17,622 nt of DNA. Origin: Archangiaceae bacterium (GTDB taxonomy: Bacteria > Myxococcota > Myxococcia > Myxococcales > Myxococcaceae). Shown piece by piece: positions 7,765 to 15,641 of the stretch (positions are counted from its first letter, which is position 1; every line of letters begins with the position of its first letter). A program made the position numbers and the translations under genes. The notes under the pieces were generated by a model. That model made no database searches, was not told the origin of the DNA, and saw only the letters and a program-made list of their open reading frames with translations. The stretch spans positions 1 to 17,622 of the forward strand of contig JAYVCD010000350.1 of assembly GCA_043750125.1 (NCBI GenBank), in the 5' to 3' direction.

Positions 7765-8238
7765 ATGTTGGATTCCGCGTTCGTTGCCGACTGTCCCTAC
7801 GGCCCGGGGGGCCTGCTGATCGATGAGGTCCTCGAGGTGAATCTCGAGCAATCGATGGTGCGGGTGCAGATGCCGTCCCACCTGGACCTTCCGCTGACCC
7901 GCGAGCAGAAGAACCACCCGGTGCTGCATCCTCCGCACGTCTCGGGCGGGCTGATGGTGCACATGACGGGGATGGTGGGGTTCGTTCACGCCTACTACGT
8001 CTTTGGGCTGCGCCACGCCGAAGGCTGGGTCGGGTACGGAGTGCGCATTCACCACGCGCGGTTTCACAACCTGGCTCAAGTGGACGTCCCGCTGGAGCTC
8101 AAGGGCTGGTCGACCCACGCGCGCAAGAGCCCGACGAAAATCCTGGCGCGCTACTCGTTCGAGTTCACCCAGGGAAAAAAGCTGATCTACGAGGGAGATC
8201 AGACGGCGCTGTGGACCAGGCTGACGACTGACAAATGA
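7765..8238 (+). CDS. Hotdog-fold protein, FabA/FabZ-like (dehydratase/thioesterase-like)
   Basis: 157 aa. PY...LLIDEVLEV resembles the FabZ N-terminal motif, and IHHARFHNL...VPLEL resembles the FabZ ARF..PV strand. The ATG directly follows the peptidase stop. Confidence 0.6.
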   Translation: MLDSAFVADCPYGPGGLLIDEVLEVNLEQSMVRVQMPSHLDLPLTREQKNHPVLHPPHVSGGLMVHMTGMVGFVHAYYVFGLRHAEGWVGYGVRIHHARFHNLAQVDVPLELKGWSTHARKSPTKILARYSFEFTQGKKLIYEGDQTALWTRLTTDK

Positions 8239-8306
8239 GCCCACCGTCGGCGCTGGCGCAGCTCTTCGCTCCGAAGCAGGTCGACTAGAAGACGACTCAG
8301 CCATCG
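8220..8306 (+). repeat. 87-bp direct repeat, copy 1 (degenerate copy of the 3' end of the 9222..9770 gene)
   Basis: 81/87 identical to 9217..9303 with no gaps. On the minus strand it reads DG*VVF*STCFGAKSCASADGGLICQS. Confidence 0.97.
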
Positions 8307-8363
8307 CGCTCAACGACACGAAGATTGGGTGCAACTGAGCGGGCGGGCCGCTAATCGGTAGAA

Positions 8364-8804
8364 ATGAAAACGATTCTGCGAAGGGCGACTGCGAAGTGGA
8401 GTGGCACCGGTCTTGAGGGCAAAGGCTCGCTCTCAACGTTCAGCGGCGCGTTGGCTGATCGTCCCTACTCGACGTTCGCGCGCTTCGGCGACGAGGCGGG
8501 CAAGGCGGGCACGAACCCCGAAGAGTTGATCGCCGCCGCGCACGCGGGGTGCTTCGCGATGGCGCTCTCGTTCGTGCTCAGCGGCGCCGGTCATCCGCCC
8601 GAGTCGCTCGAGGTGAAGGCCACGCTGAAGGCCGAGTCTCCCGACGTGAACTGGACCATCACCCAGGTGAAGCTCGAGCTCGTCGGGAAGGTGCCGGGCA
8701 TCGACCAGGCGAAGTTCCAGGAGCTCGCCGAGCTGGCGAAGAAGACGTGCCCGGTGTCCAAGGTGCTCAACGCCGAGATCGTTCTCGACGCGAAGCTGAT
8801 TTGA
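8364..8804 (+). CDS. osmC: OsmC family peroxiredoxin
   Basis: ATAKWSG, YSTFARF, GTNPEELIAAAHAGCF and AKKTCPVSK (both catalytic Cys present). Confidence 0.95.
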   Translation: MKTILRRATAKWSGTGLEGKGSLSTFSGALADRPYSTFARFGDEAGKAGTNPEELIAAAHAGCFAMALSFVLSGAGHPPESLEVKATLKAESPDVNWTITQVKLELVGKVPGIDQAKFQELAELAKKTCPVSKVLNAEIVLDAKLI

Positions 8805-8942
8805 GCGCGTGATTCGATCATCTTCTCGCTGAGCGCCGAAGGGATGAGCCCGGTGAAGTACGAAGACACCGAGCACTACAGGCTGACCCGCGATTTTCTG
8901 CTCAACCGTGAGCGGTACATGAAGCGGCTGTTTGCGGACTGA
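8805..8942 (+). pseudogene. Orphan 3' remnant resembling the C-terminus of COG3910-type predicted ABC/AAA ATPases
   Basis: Translates as ARDSIIFSLSAEGMSPVKYEDTEHYRLTRDFLLNRERYMKRLFAD*. The YEDTEHY.LTRDFL motif is recalled from that family's C-terminus. No Walker motifs or upstream part are present. Confidence 0.6.
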
Positions 8943-9082
8943 TCAGAACAGGTAGTCCACGGTGAGCGCGAGATTGCCAGCCCTCGTCCTGGCGAATGTT
9001 TTCTATCCTGGCGACCAGTGCACTGTTGGTTCGCGCCGGTCCGGGCAGGCTTCGCAAGCCGCACGGGGTTTCATCGCCGATT

Positions 9083-9128
9083 TGCATCGCCGGAAGATCG
9101 GCGATATCGCCGATCTTCTGGCGATGCA
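9083..9128. repeat. 46-bp near-perfect palindrome with no spacer
   Basis: TGCATCGCCGGAAGATCGGCGAT|ATCGCCGATCTTCTGGCGATGCA. The arms are 23 bp with one mismatch (a G-U pair in + strand RNA). Confidence 0.95.
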
Positions 9129-9216
9129 CATTGTGCAGCCGGCGATTTGAACGCCCGGAGGTCGCCATTGCTGTGGGCGACCCAGGCATTGAACGTGGCA
9201 TCGAACGCTGATTTCA

Positions 9217-9303
9217 GCTGACTACTGACAAATGAGCCCACCGTCGGCGCTGGCGCAGTTCTTCGCTCCGGGGCAGGTCGAGTAGAAGACGACTCCGCCA
9301 TCG
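9217..9303 (+). repeat. 87-bp direct repeat, copy 2 (functional 3' end of the Cys-rich lipoprotein gene)
   Basis: Matches 8220..8306 at an offset of 997 bp with 6 mismatches. Confidence 0.97.
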
Positions 9304-9770
9304 GTGCACCTGGCGACCTTCTGAATGTCGACCGAGTCACAGAAGTAGCGGGCCTCGTAGACCGCAGGACAGCTGTCGCCGACCGTTACGTCGCACCCGG
9401 TCTGACCGTTTTCAGAGAAGCACTGGCGCGGACCGCTGCAGGTGCGGAACAGCCGCAGCTGTCCGGAGACACAGGACAGCAGCTTCGCGCCGATCAACGC
9501 GTCGCACTGGGACGCGCTGCCGTAGCAGCCGTCGCCCACGCTGTGGGTCGAGCTGTCGCACTTGTTTCCGGTGCAGCCCAGCGGCCCTTTGCAGGCGACG
9601 GTTCGCAAGGTGTGGGTGGGAAGGTCACAGAACGTCAGCGAGGTCCCTTCGCAGGTCGCGCTCGCGGTCGAGCACGTCGTCGAGGTGCCGCCGCCCGAAC
9701 AGCCGGAAAGGATCAAGAGCGCGCTGACTGCGCTCATCACCCGGTGTCTGCGGAGGTCCGTGTTCGCCAT
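9222..9770 (-). CDS. Cys-rich lipoprotein with three 6-Cys repeats
   Basis: Lipobox LSGC (Cys24). 18 further Cys fall into three units, with VGD.C at the start of units 2 and 3 and C.G...C in each. Confidence 0.85.
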   Translation of the reverse strand: MANTDLRRHRVMSAVSALLILSGCSGGGTSTTCSTASATCEGTSLTFCDLPTHTLRTVACKGPLGCTGNKCDSSTHSVGDGCYGSASQCDALIGAKLLSCVSGQLRLFRTCSGPRQCFSENGQTGCDVTVGDSCPAVYEARYFCDSVDIQKVARCTDGGVVFYSTCPGAKNCASADGGLICQ

Positions 9771-9778
9771 GGGGCGCG

Positions 9779-9784
9779 AGTATA
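9779..9784 (-). promoter_or_regulatory. Putative -10 box TATACT of a leaderless or near-leaderless promoter
   Basis: The minus strand reads TATACT-CGCGCCCC-ATG with no SD. It is an AT-rich hexamer in a 21-bp GC-rich gap. Confidence 0.5.
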
Positions 9785-9791
9785 GGGGGCT

Positions 9792-10976
9792 TCAGATCTC
9801 GAGCAGGATTCGCTCGGGCGCTTCGAGGCACTCTTTGATTCGCACCAGGAACTGAACGGCTTCACGGCCGTCGATTAGCCGATGGTCGTACGAGAGCGCC
9901 AGGTACATCATCGGGCGAATCACGATCTGTCCGTCGCGCACCACCGCCCGCTCGACGATGTTGTGCATTCCGAGGATCCCCGTCTGCGGCGGGTTGAGGA
10001 TCGGCGTGGACAGCATCGAGCCGAAGATTCCGCCGTTGCTCAAGGTGAAGGTGCCGCCCTGCAGATCCCCCAGGGTGAGCTTGTCGGTCTTGGCCTTGGT
10101 TCCGAGCTCGGCGATTGCCTTCTCGAGCTCAGCCAAAGACTTCTGGTCTGCGTCGCGCACGACGGGGACGACGAGCCCGCGGCTGCCGGACACCGCCACT
10201 CCGATGTCGTAGTAGTGGTGGAAGACCACGTCTTCGCCGTCGATGCTGGCGTTGACGGCCGGAAATTGTTTCAGAGCTTCGATCGCGGCGCGGACGAAGA
10301 GGCTCATGAAGCCGAGCTTCACTCCGTGCTTCTTCTCGAACTTCTCGCCGTAGGTCTTCCGCAGCGCCATCACCTCGAACATGTCGAGCTCGTTGAAGGT
10401 GGTGAGGATCGCCGCGTTGTTCTGCGCCTGCAGCAGCCGTTCGGCGACGCGCTTGCGAAGGGGGCTCATCGCGACCCGTTCCTCGCGCGCGCCGGCGGTG
10501 CGCTGCAGCACCTGAACGGGAGCGAGGGGAGCGGCTCCCGCCCGGACCACGTCTTCTTTCATCACCCGCCCGTTGGTCCCGCTGCCCTGAATGCTCGCGG
10601 GGTCCAAGCCTTTGTCCGCGGCGATCGCGCGCGCGACCGGAGTCGCAAGCTTCGGCTTCTCGTCGTTGTTCTTCACCGGAGCCGCCGCAACGGGGGCCAC
10701 CGCAGCAACCGGGGCAGCGGCCGTACCCGCACTCGCGCCCGAAGGGTTGATCGACCCGAGGGTGTCGCCGATCTTCACCTTCGAGCCTTCCTTGAACGTG
10801 ATGGCATCGATCGACCCGGCTGACGGAGCCTGGACGTCGATGGTGACCTTGTCGGTCTCGAGCACCACCACCGGCTCATCGGCCTTCACCGAATCGCCGA
10901 CTTTCTTGTGCCACTTCCCGACGACGGCCTCGGTGATCGACTCGCCCAGCGCTGGGACTTTCAACTCGACGGACAT
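9792..10976 (-). CDS. sucB: 2-oxoglutarate dehydrogenase E2, dihydrolipoamide succinyltransferase
   Basis: Lipoyl domain LETDKV, E3-binding domain ATPVARAIA...[13 protein letters not shown] and catalytic [13 protein letters not shown]. Confidence 0.97.
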   Translation of the reverse strand: MSVELKVPALGESITEAVVGKWHKKVGDSVKADEPVVVLETDKVTIDVQAPSAGSIDAITFKEGSKVKIGDTLGSINPSGASAGTAAAPVAAVAPVAAAPVKNNDEKPKLATPVARAIAADKGLDPASIQGSGTNGRVMKEDVVRAGAAPLAPVQVLQRTAGAREERVAMSPLRKRVAERLLQAQNNAAILTTFNELDMFEVMALRKTYGEKFEKKHGVKLGFMSLFVRAAIEALKQFPAVNASIDGEDVVFHHYYDIGVAVSGSRGLVVPVVRDADQKSLAELEKAIAELGTKAKTDKLTLGDLQGGTFTLSNGGIFGSMLSTPILNPPQTGILGMHNIVERAVVRDGQIVIRPMMYLALSYDHRLIDGREAVQFLVRIKECLEAPERILLEI

Positions 10977-11026
10977 GGTTTTCCTTGTCTAACCCCAGAA
11001 GGGCTCGAAGGGGCTTCTCGATTGGA

Positions 11027-13885
11027 CTAGCTCTTTGCCAAAGCTTCTTCGACCAGCAGCTTCTGTTCATACTCGTGCGCCTTCACATAGCCGGTCGCAG
11101 GGCTGGCGCTCTCGACTCGACCGACGTAGCTGAGCTTCACCTTCGGGTGGGTGGCTTCCACCAACCGGGTGATGGGCTCGACCAGAGCGTGCCAGGCGCC
11201 GGCCTTCTTAGGCTCTTCCTGGACCCACCGAACCTCGGTGAGCTTCGGCAGGCTGGTCAGCACCTCGTTGAGCTCAGGGACGGGCAGCGGGTAGAGCTGC
11301 TCGAGGCGGACGATGGCGATGTTCAGGTCTTTGGCGGCGTCACGGGCCTTGCGCAAGTCGAAGTACACCTTGCCGCTGCACAGCAGCAGCCGGGTGACCT
11401 TCTTCGGGTCGATCGCGGCGTTGGTCTCGCCGATGACCCGCAGGTAGGTGCCGCGGGTGAAGTCCGTCCACGCCGAGCTCGCTTCGGCCATGCGCAGCAT
11501 GCTCTTGGGAGTCATCACCACCAGCGGTTTGCGAATCGGGCGTTCCACCTGTCGGCGCAAGAGATGAAAAATCTGGGCGGCGTTGGTGGGGTAGCAGACC
11601 TGAATGTTGTCCTCCGCGGCCAGCTCGAGGAACCGTTCGAGCCGCGCGGTGGAATGTTCGGGCCCCTGGCCTTCGTAGCCGTGGGGCAACAGCAAGGTGA
11701 GCCCCGACAGCCGCTTCCACTTGTCTTCAGCGGCGGCGATGAACTGGTCGATGATCACCTGGCCGTTGTTGGCGAAGTCGCCGAACTGCGCTTCCCACGC
11801 CACCAGCGCGTCCGGGTAGTCGAGCGAGTAGCCGAACTCGAAGCCCATGCACGCCATCTCGGACAGCGGGCTGTTGAGAATCACGGTGCGGCCCTGCTTG
11901 GAGCCCAGCGCGCCCAGCGGGAACGCAGTTCTGCCGGTCAGCGTGTCGTGGAGCACGGCGTGGCGATGGGCGAAGGTGCCGCGCTCGGTGTCTTGCCCGG
12001 TGACGCGCAGGGCATAGCCCTCGCTGACCAGGGTCGCGTAGGCGAGCATTTCACCCGCCCCCCAATCGAGCGGCTCTTCGCCGGTGACCATCTTCTTCCG
12101 CTTGTCGATCACGTTCTTCTGAACGTTGGGGTGAAGGACGAAGCCCTCAGGGGTCTGCGCGAGCATGTTGAGCAGGGCCTTGAGCTTGGCCTCGTCGAGG
12201 CCGGTGGGCATCTGCGGAACCTCGGCGTCGGCGCCGCCCTTGTAGCGGGCCCAGATGCCCAGGTTGTGGCTGGGATCTTTGACCTTGTTGTCGGTCTTGC
12301 TGCGCGCGTGCGCTTCGGAAAAATCGTCCACGCACTTCTTGAGGATCTCGGCCGACTCTTCGAGGGTGACCCGACCCAGCTTCGCCAACTGCGCCGAGTA
12401 GAGCTGCCGCGCGGTGGGGTGGGCGCGGATCAACTTGTACATCACCGGCTGGGTGAACGCGGGCTCGTCCCCCTCATTGTGGCCGTACTTCCGGTAGCAG
12501 ACGAGGTCGATCACCACGTCGGTGTGGAAGCGCTGGCGGTACTCGGTCGCCAGCTGCATCACGTGAACGCACGCTTCGGCGTCGTCTCCGTTGACGTGGA
12601 AGATCGGGATGTCGAGCATCGCCGCCATGCCGGTGCAGTACAGCGGGGTGCGGCCCTGCTCGGCTTCGGTGGTGTAGCCAAGCTGGTTGTTGATGACGAG
12701 GTGAATGGTTCCACCGGTGTCGTAGCCGGGCAGTCCTCCGAGGTTCAGGGTCTCGGCGACCAGCCCCTGACCTGCGAAGGCCGCATCGCCATGAATGACC
12801 AGCGGTACGATCGCGTGCCGACCCACTTCCCCGACGCGATCCTGTTTGGCGCGAACGCGACCTTCGACGACAGGGTGCACGACGCCCAGGTGGCTGGGGT
12901 TGAAGGCCATCGTGAGGTGGATGTTCTGCCCCCCGCGGGTCTGCCAATCGCTCGAATACCCCATGTGGTACTTCACATCGCCGCGGTTCAAGAACTTGGT
13001 CGGGTCGGTGGGGCCCAGGAACTCGCTGAAGATTTCGTCGGCGGGCTTGCGGCAGATGTTCGCCAGCACGTTGAGCCGCCCACGGTGGGCCATGCCGATC
13101 ACGATCTCGCGAATGCCGAGCGCACCGCCCACCTCGAGCATCGCCTCGAGCATCGGCAACATGGTCTCGCCGCCTTCAGCCGAGAACCGCTTGGCGGCCT
13201 GGAACTTGGTGTGAATCGTCGTCTCGAACGTCTCGGCGAGGGTGAGCCGGGTGAGGATCCGCTTTTGTTCTTCGACGGTGAAGTCGGTGCGGTTCTCGCT
13301 GTGCTCCATGCGTCGCATCAGCCAGCGGCGCCGTTCGCTGTTGAGCATGTTGACGTACTCGACGCCGACGTGATCGCTGTAGGTGCGGCGCATTCGCTCG
13401 AGCACCCGGCGCACCGACACGCGGGGCTCATCGAACGCGCCCTGGGTGTCGACGAGCGCCTCGAGCTCGGCTTCCGAGAAATGGGCGGGGCTGACCATTC
13501 CGATGTCGGCCACGTGGTCCAGCGGAGGGCGGGGGGTGCCCAGCGGATCCAGCTGGGTGAGCAGGTGGCCGCGAAGCCTGAAGCTGAAGATGGTCTGGTC
13601 GACCTTGCTCTGCAGGTCGATGCTCTGAGAGGCGACTGCCGCCGTCACCAGGCCCTGGGCCACGACTGCCGCCCCGTTGCCGTTGCCGTTGCCCTGGGGG
13701 GCGGGCTTTCGGGGCTTGAGCTGCAGCCCGTCGATGATCAGCGGTCTGCCTTTGCCGGCCGAGGACGCGAACAAATCGACCCAGCTGGGGTCGACGCTTT
13801 GGGGATCATCGAGCCAGCGTTGGTACTGCGCTTCGATGAAGTCGATGTTCTGCCCGGTGAGGTACGTGTCTTGAGGAATCGACAT
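11027..13885 (-). CDS. sucA: 2-oxoglutarate dehydrogenase E1
   Basis: GMAHRGRLNVL, GDVKYHMG, TPP motif HGDAAFAGQG, WEAQFGDFAN and LLLPHGYEGQGPEHS. GAAAGG lies upstream of the ATG. Confidence 0.98.
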   Translation of the reverse strand: MSIPQDTYLTGQNIDFIEAQYQRWLDDPQSVDPSWVDLFASSAGKGRPLIIDGLQLKPRKPAPQGNGNGNGAAVVAQGLVTAAVASQSIDLQSKVDQTIFSFRLRGHLLTQLDPLGTPRPPLDHVADIGMVSPAHFSEAELEALVDTQGAFDEPRVSVRRVLERMRRTYSDHVGVEYVNMLNSERRRWLMRRMEHSENRTDFTVEEQKRILTRLTLAETFETTIHTKFQAAKRFSAEGGETMLPMLEAMLEVGGALGIREIVIGMAHRGRLNVLANICRKPADEIFSEFLGPTDPTKFLNRGDVKYHMGYSSDWQTRGGQNIHLTMAFNPSHLGVVHPVVEGRVRAKQDRVGEVGRHAIVPLVIHGDAAFAGQGLVAETLNLGGLPGYDTGGTIHLVINNQLGYTTEAEQGRTPLYCTGMAAMLDIPIFHVNGDDAEACVHVMQLATEYRQRFHTDVVIDLVCYRKYGHNEGDEPAFTQPVMYKLIRAHPTARQLYSAQLAKLGRVTLEESAEILKKCVDDFSEAHARSKTDNKVKDPSHNLGIWARYKGGADAEVPQMPTGLDEAKLKALLNMLAQTPEGFVLHPNVQKNVIDKRKKMVTGEEPLDWGAGEMLAYATLVSEGYALRVTGQDTERGTFAHRHAVLHDTLTGRTAFPLGALGSKQGRTVILNSPLSEMACMGFEFGYSLDYPDALVAWEAQFGDFANNGQVIIDQFIAAAEDKWKRLSGLTLLLPHGYEGQGPEHSTARLERFLELAAEDNIQVCYPTNAAQIFHLLRRQVERPIRKPLVVMTPKSMLRMAEASSAWTDFTRGTYLRVIGETNAAIDPKKVTRLLLCSGKVYFDLRKARDAAKDLNIAIVRLEQLYPLPVPELNEVLTSLPKLTEVRWVQEEPKKAGAWHALVEPITRLVEATHPKVKLSYVGRVESASPATGYVKAHEYEQKLLVEEALAKS

Positions 13886-13922
13886 GGGGGGGCCTTTCTA
13901 TTACGCAGCGGCACGGCTCTCC

Positions 13923-14582
13923 ATGATGCGTCCGCTTTTCTTCATTGTTGCGTTGTTGAGTCTGTCCGCCTGGGCGGATCCTCCGAAGTTCTCTAGCGGA
14001 GGAGTAATCTTCGGGCTGCAGTACGGCCCGGTCGGTTTCTGGTCTTTCGACCGGACCTTCATCGGCGGGCAGGTCGGGCAGGGAAACGCCGACGCCTACA
14101 TCGCTGATCTCCAGAACACCCACACCATCGGCGTTCGGCTTGGGTACAACATTCTGGGGCATGTCTCGATCGAGGCGAACCTGGTCGCGACGGGCTGGAA
14201 TCTTTCAGACACCTCGCGCGGCGGGGGCGGATTCCTGACCGGAATCGTGGCGTGGCACCCGCTCGAGCTGGTCTTCATCAAGAAAGAAAAGCGGCCGATT
14301 CCCATCGACGCTTCGATCTTCTTCGGAGCGGGCTACGGGATCGTTGGCCAGCGCCTGGGAATGGACGGCCTGGTCTGGCAGTGGGGCATGACCGCCGACT
14401 ACTGGTTCAACCGCTTCATCGGGCTGGGGCTGTTCGTTCGGGGCACGTTCCCGCGATTCGGCGCGATGTACCTCGACTACGACCACCGGACTTCGGCCGG
14501 AAATACGTTGTCGCTGCCCAAGACCAGCGGAGGCCAGTTCTGGCACCCCGGCTTCGAAGTGCTGCTGCGCTTCGGCGACTGA
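13923..14582 (+). CDS. Putative outer-membrane beta-barrel protein
   Basis: Signal peptide MMRPLFFIVALLSLSAWA followed by amphipathic Gly/aromatic strands (VRLGYN, FFGAGYG, MTADYWF). It ends FEVLLRFGD. Confidence 0.75.
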   Translation: MMRPLFFIVALLSLSAWADPPKFSSGGVIFGLQYGPVGFWSFDRTFIGGQVGQGNADAYIADLQNTHTIGVRLGYNILGHVSIEANLVATGWNLSDTSRGGGGFLTGIVAWHPLELVFIKKEKRPIPIDASIFFGAGYGIVGQRLGMDGLVWQWGMTADYWFNRFIGLGLFVRGTFPRFGAMYLDYDHRTSAGNTLSLPKTSGGQFWHPGFEVLLRFGD

Positions 14583-14593
14583 AAGGTCGGGCG

Positions 14594-15613
14594 TTACACC
14601 AGACGGGCGGCGAGCAGGTCCTGAACGTCGAGCAAGCCGACCGCCCGACCGTCCCCGTCCACCACCGGAAGTTGATCGACCTGGTGCTCGCGCATGCGGG
14701 CCGCAGCAAAGAGGACCAGGTCATCGGGCAAGACGAAGCGAGGGTTTTTCCCCATCACCTCACGGACCTGCACCTTGAAGTCCAGCCGGTCTTGCTCGGC
14801 GAGGCGGCGAAGATCTCCATCGGTGAAGATCCCCACGAGCAGCCCTTTGGAATCGACGACGTTGGCCGCTCCGGGGCGGCCTTTGGTGTTGGTCATCACG
14901 ACCACCACTTCTGAAAGACGGGCGGTCTGCTTTACCACCGGGTGGGCGTCCCCTGCTCGCATCACCTCGCGGACCTTGAGCACGCTGCGGCCGAGCTTTC
15001 CCCCGGGGTGAAGCAGGGCGTACTGCTCGGCGGTCAGCTCGCGCTGGTGGGCGACGCACATCGCCAGGGCATCGGTCATCGCGTGGAGGGCGGCGGACGA
15101 CGCGGTGGGAATGAGGCCGAGCGGAGAGGCTTCGTCGAGGACTCCGATGTCGAGCAGGAGATCCGAGGCCAGCGCCAGGGGGCTGCGGGGGTCGGAAGTA
15201 ATCGCCACCAGGGTGACGCCCACCCGCTTGAGCGGGGTGAGCAGCACCAGCAGCTCGGCGGTGGTCCCCGAGTTCGAGAGCGCGACTACCACATCGCCGC
15301 GCCTGACCCGACCCAGGTCTCCGTGGGCGGCTTCGGCAGGGTGAAGATAGAGAGAAGGAACGCCGACCGAGGCGAGGGTGGCCGAGAGCTTCTGGGCGAT
15401 GAAGCCCGGCTTGCCCATCGCGGTGACGATCACGTGCCCGCGACAGGTGAGGATCGCATCGACGGCGCGAACGAAATGGCCATTGATTCTGCGCTCGAGC
15501 GACGCGATGGCGCGGCTCTCGGTGCGGAGGACTTTCCTGGCGTAGGCGAGGGTCGAACGGGAGCTCACGGGTTTGACGCTTGTATCCGAGGCGACGCGAT
15601 CGAAGGTCGACAC
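14594..15613 (-). CDS. kdsD: KpsF/GutQ/KdsD family arabinose-5-phosphate isomerase (SIS + 2 CBS)
   Basis: MGKPGFIAQKLSATLAS, HPAEAAHGDLG, LSNSG, HPGGKLG and CBS motif GIFTDGDLRR. Start is uncertain (GTG 15613 or GTG 15568). Confidence 0.92.
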   Translation of the reverse strand: MSTFDRVASDTSVKPVSSRSTLAYARKVLRTESRAIASLERRINGHFVRAVDAILTCRGHVIVTAMGKPGFIAQKLSATLASVGVPSLYLHPAEAAHGDLGRVRRGDVVVALSNSGTTAELLVLLTPLKRVGVTLVAITSDPRSPLALASDLLLDIGVLDEASPLGLIPTASSAALHAMTDALAMCVAHQRELTAEQYALLHPGGKLGRSVLKVREVMRAGDAHPVVKQTARLSEVVVVMTNTKGRPGAANVVDSKGLLVGIFTDGDLRRLAEQDRLDFKVQVREVMGKNPRFVLPDDLVLFAAARMREHQVDQLPVVDGDGRAVGLLDVQDLLAARLV

Positions 15614-15641
15614 AAATGAGGTGCGGGATTAAACGACCCTC

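Noticed and set aside
8986-9216. CRISPR array, integron attC or intrinsic terminator
   Set aside because: There are no regularly spaced repeats with unique spacers, no RYYYAAC/GTTRRRY ends around the hairpin and no U-tract on either side.
8220-9303. Diversity-generating retroelement TR/VR pair (repeat at a gene 3' end)
   Set aside because: The mismatches are not adenine-specific in the sense of the target gene, and there is no reverse transcriptase in the window.
10985-13996. 1003-aa plus-strand ORF and the other long antisense or alternate-frame ORFs
   Set aside because: These are shadows of real genes (here sucA) caused by high-GC codon bias, with no recognisable motifs.
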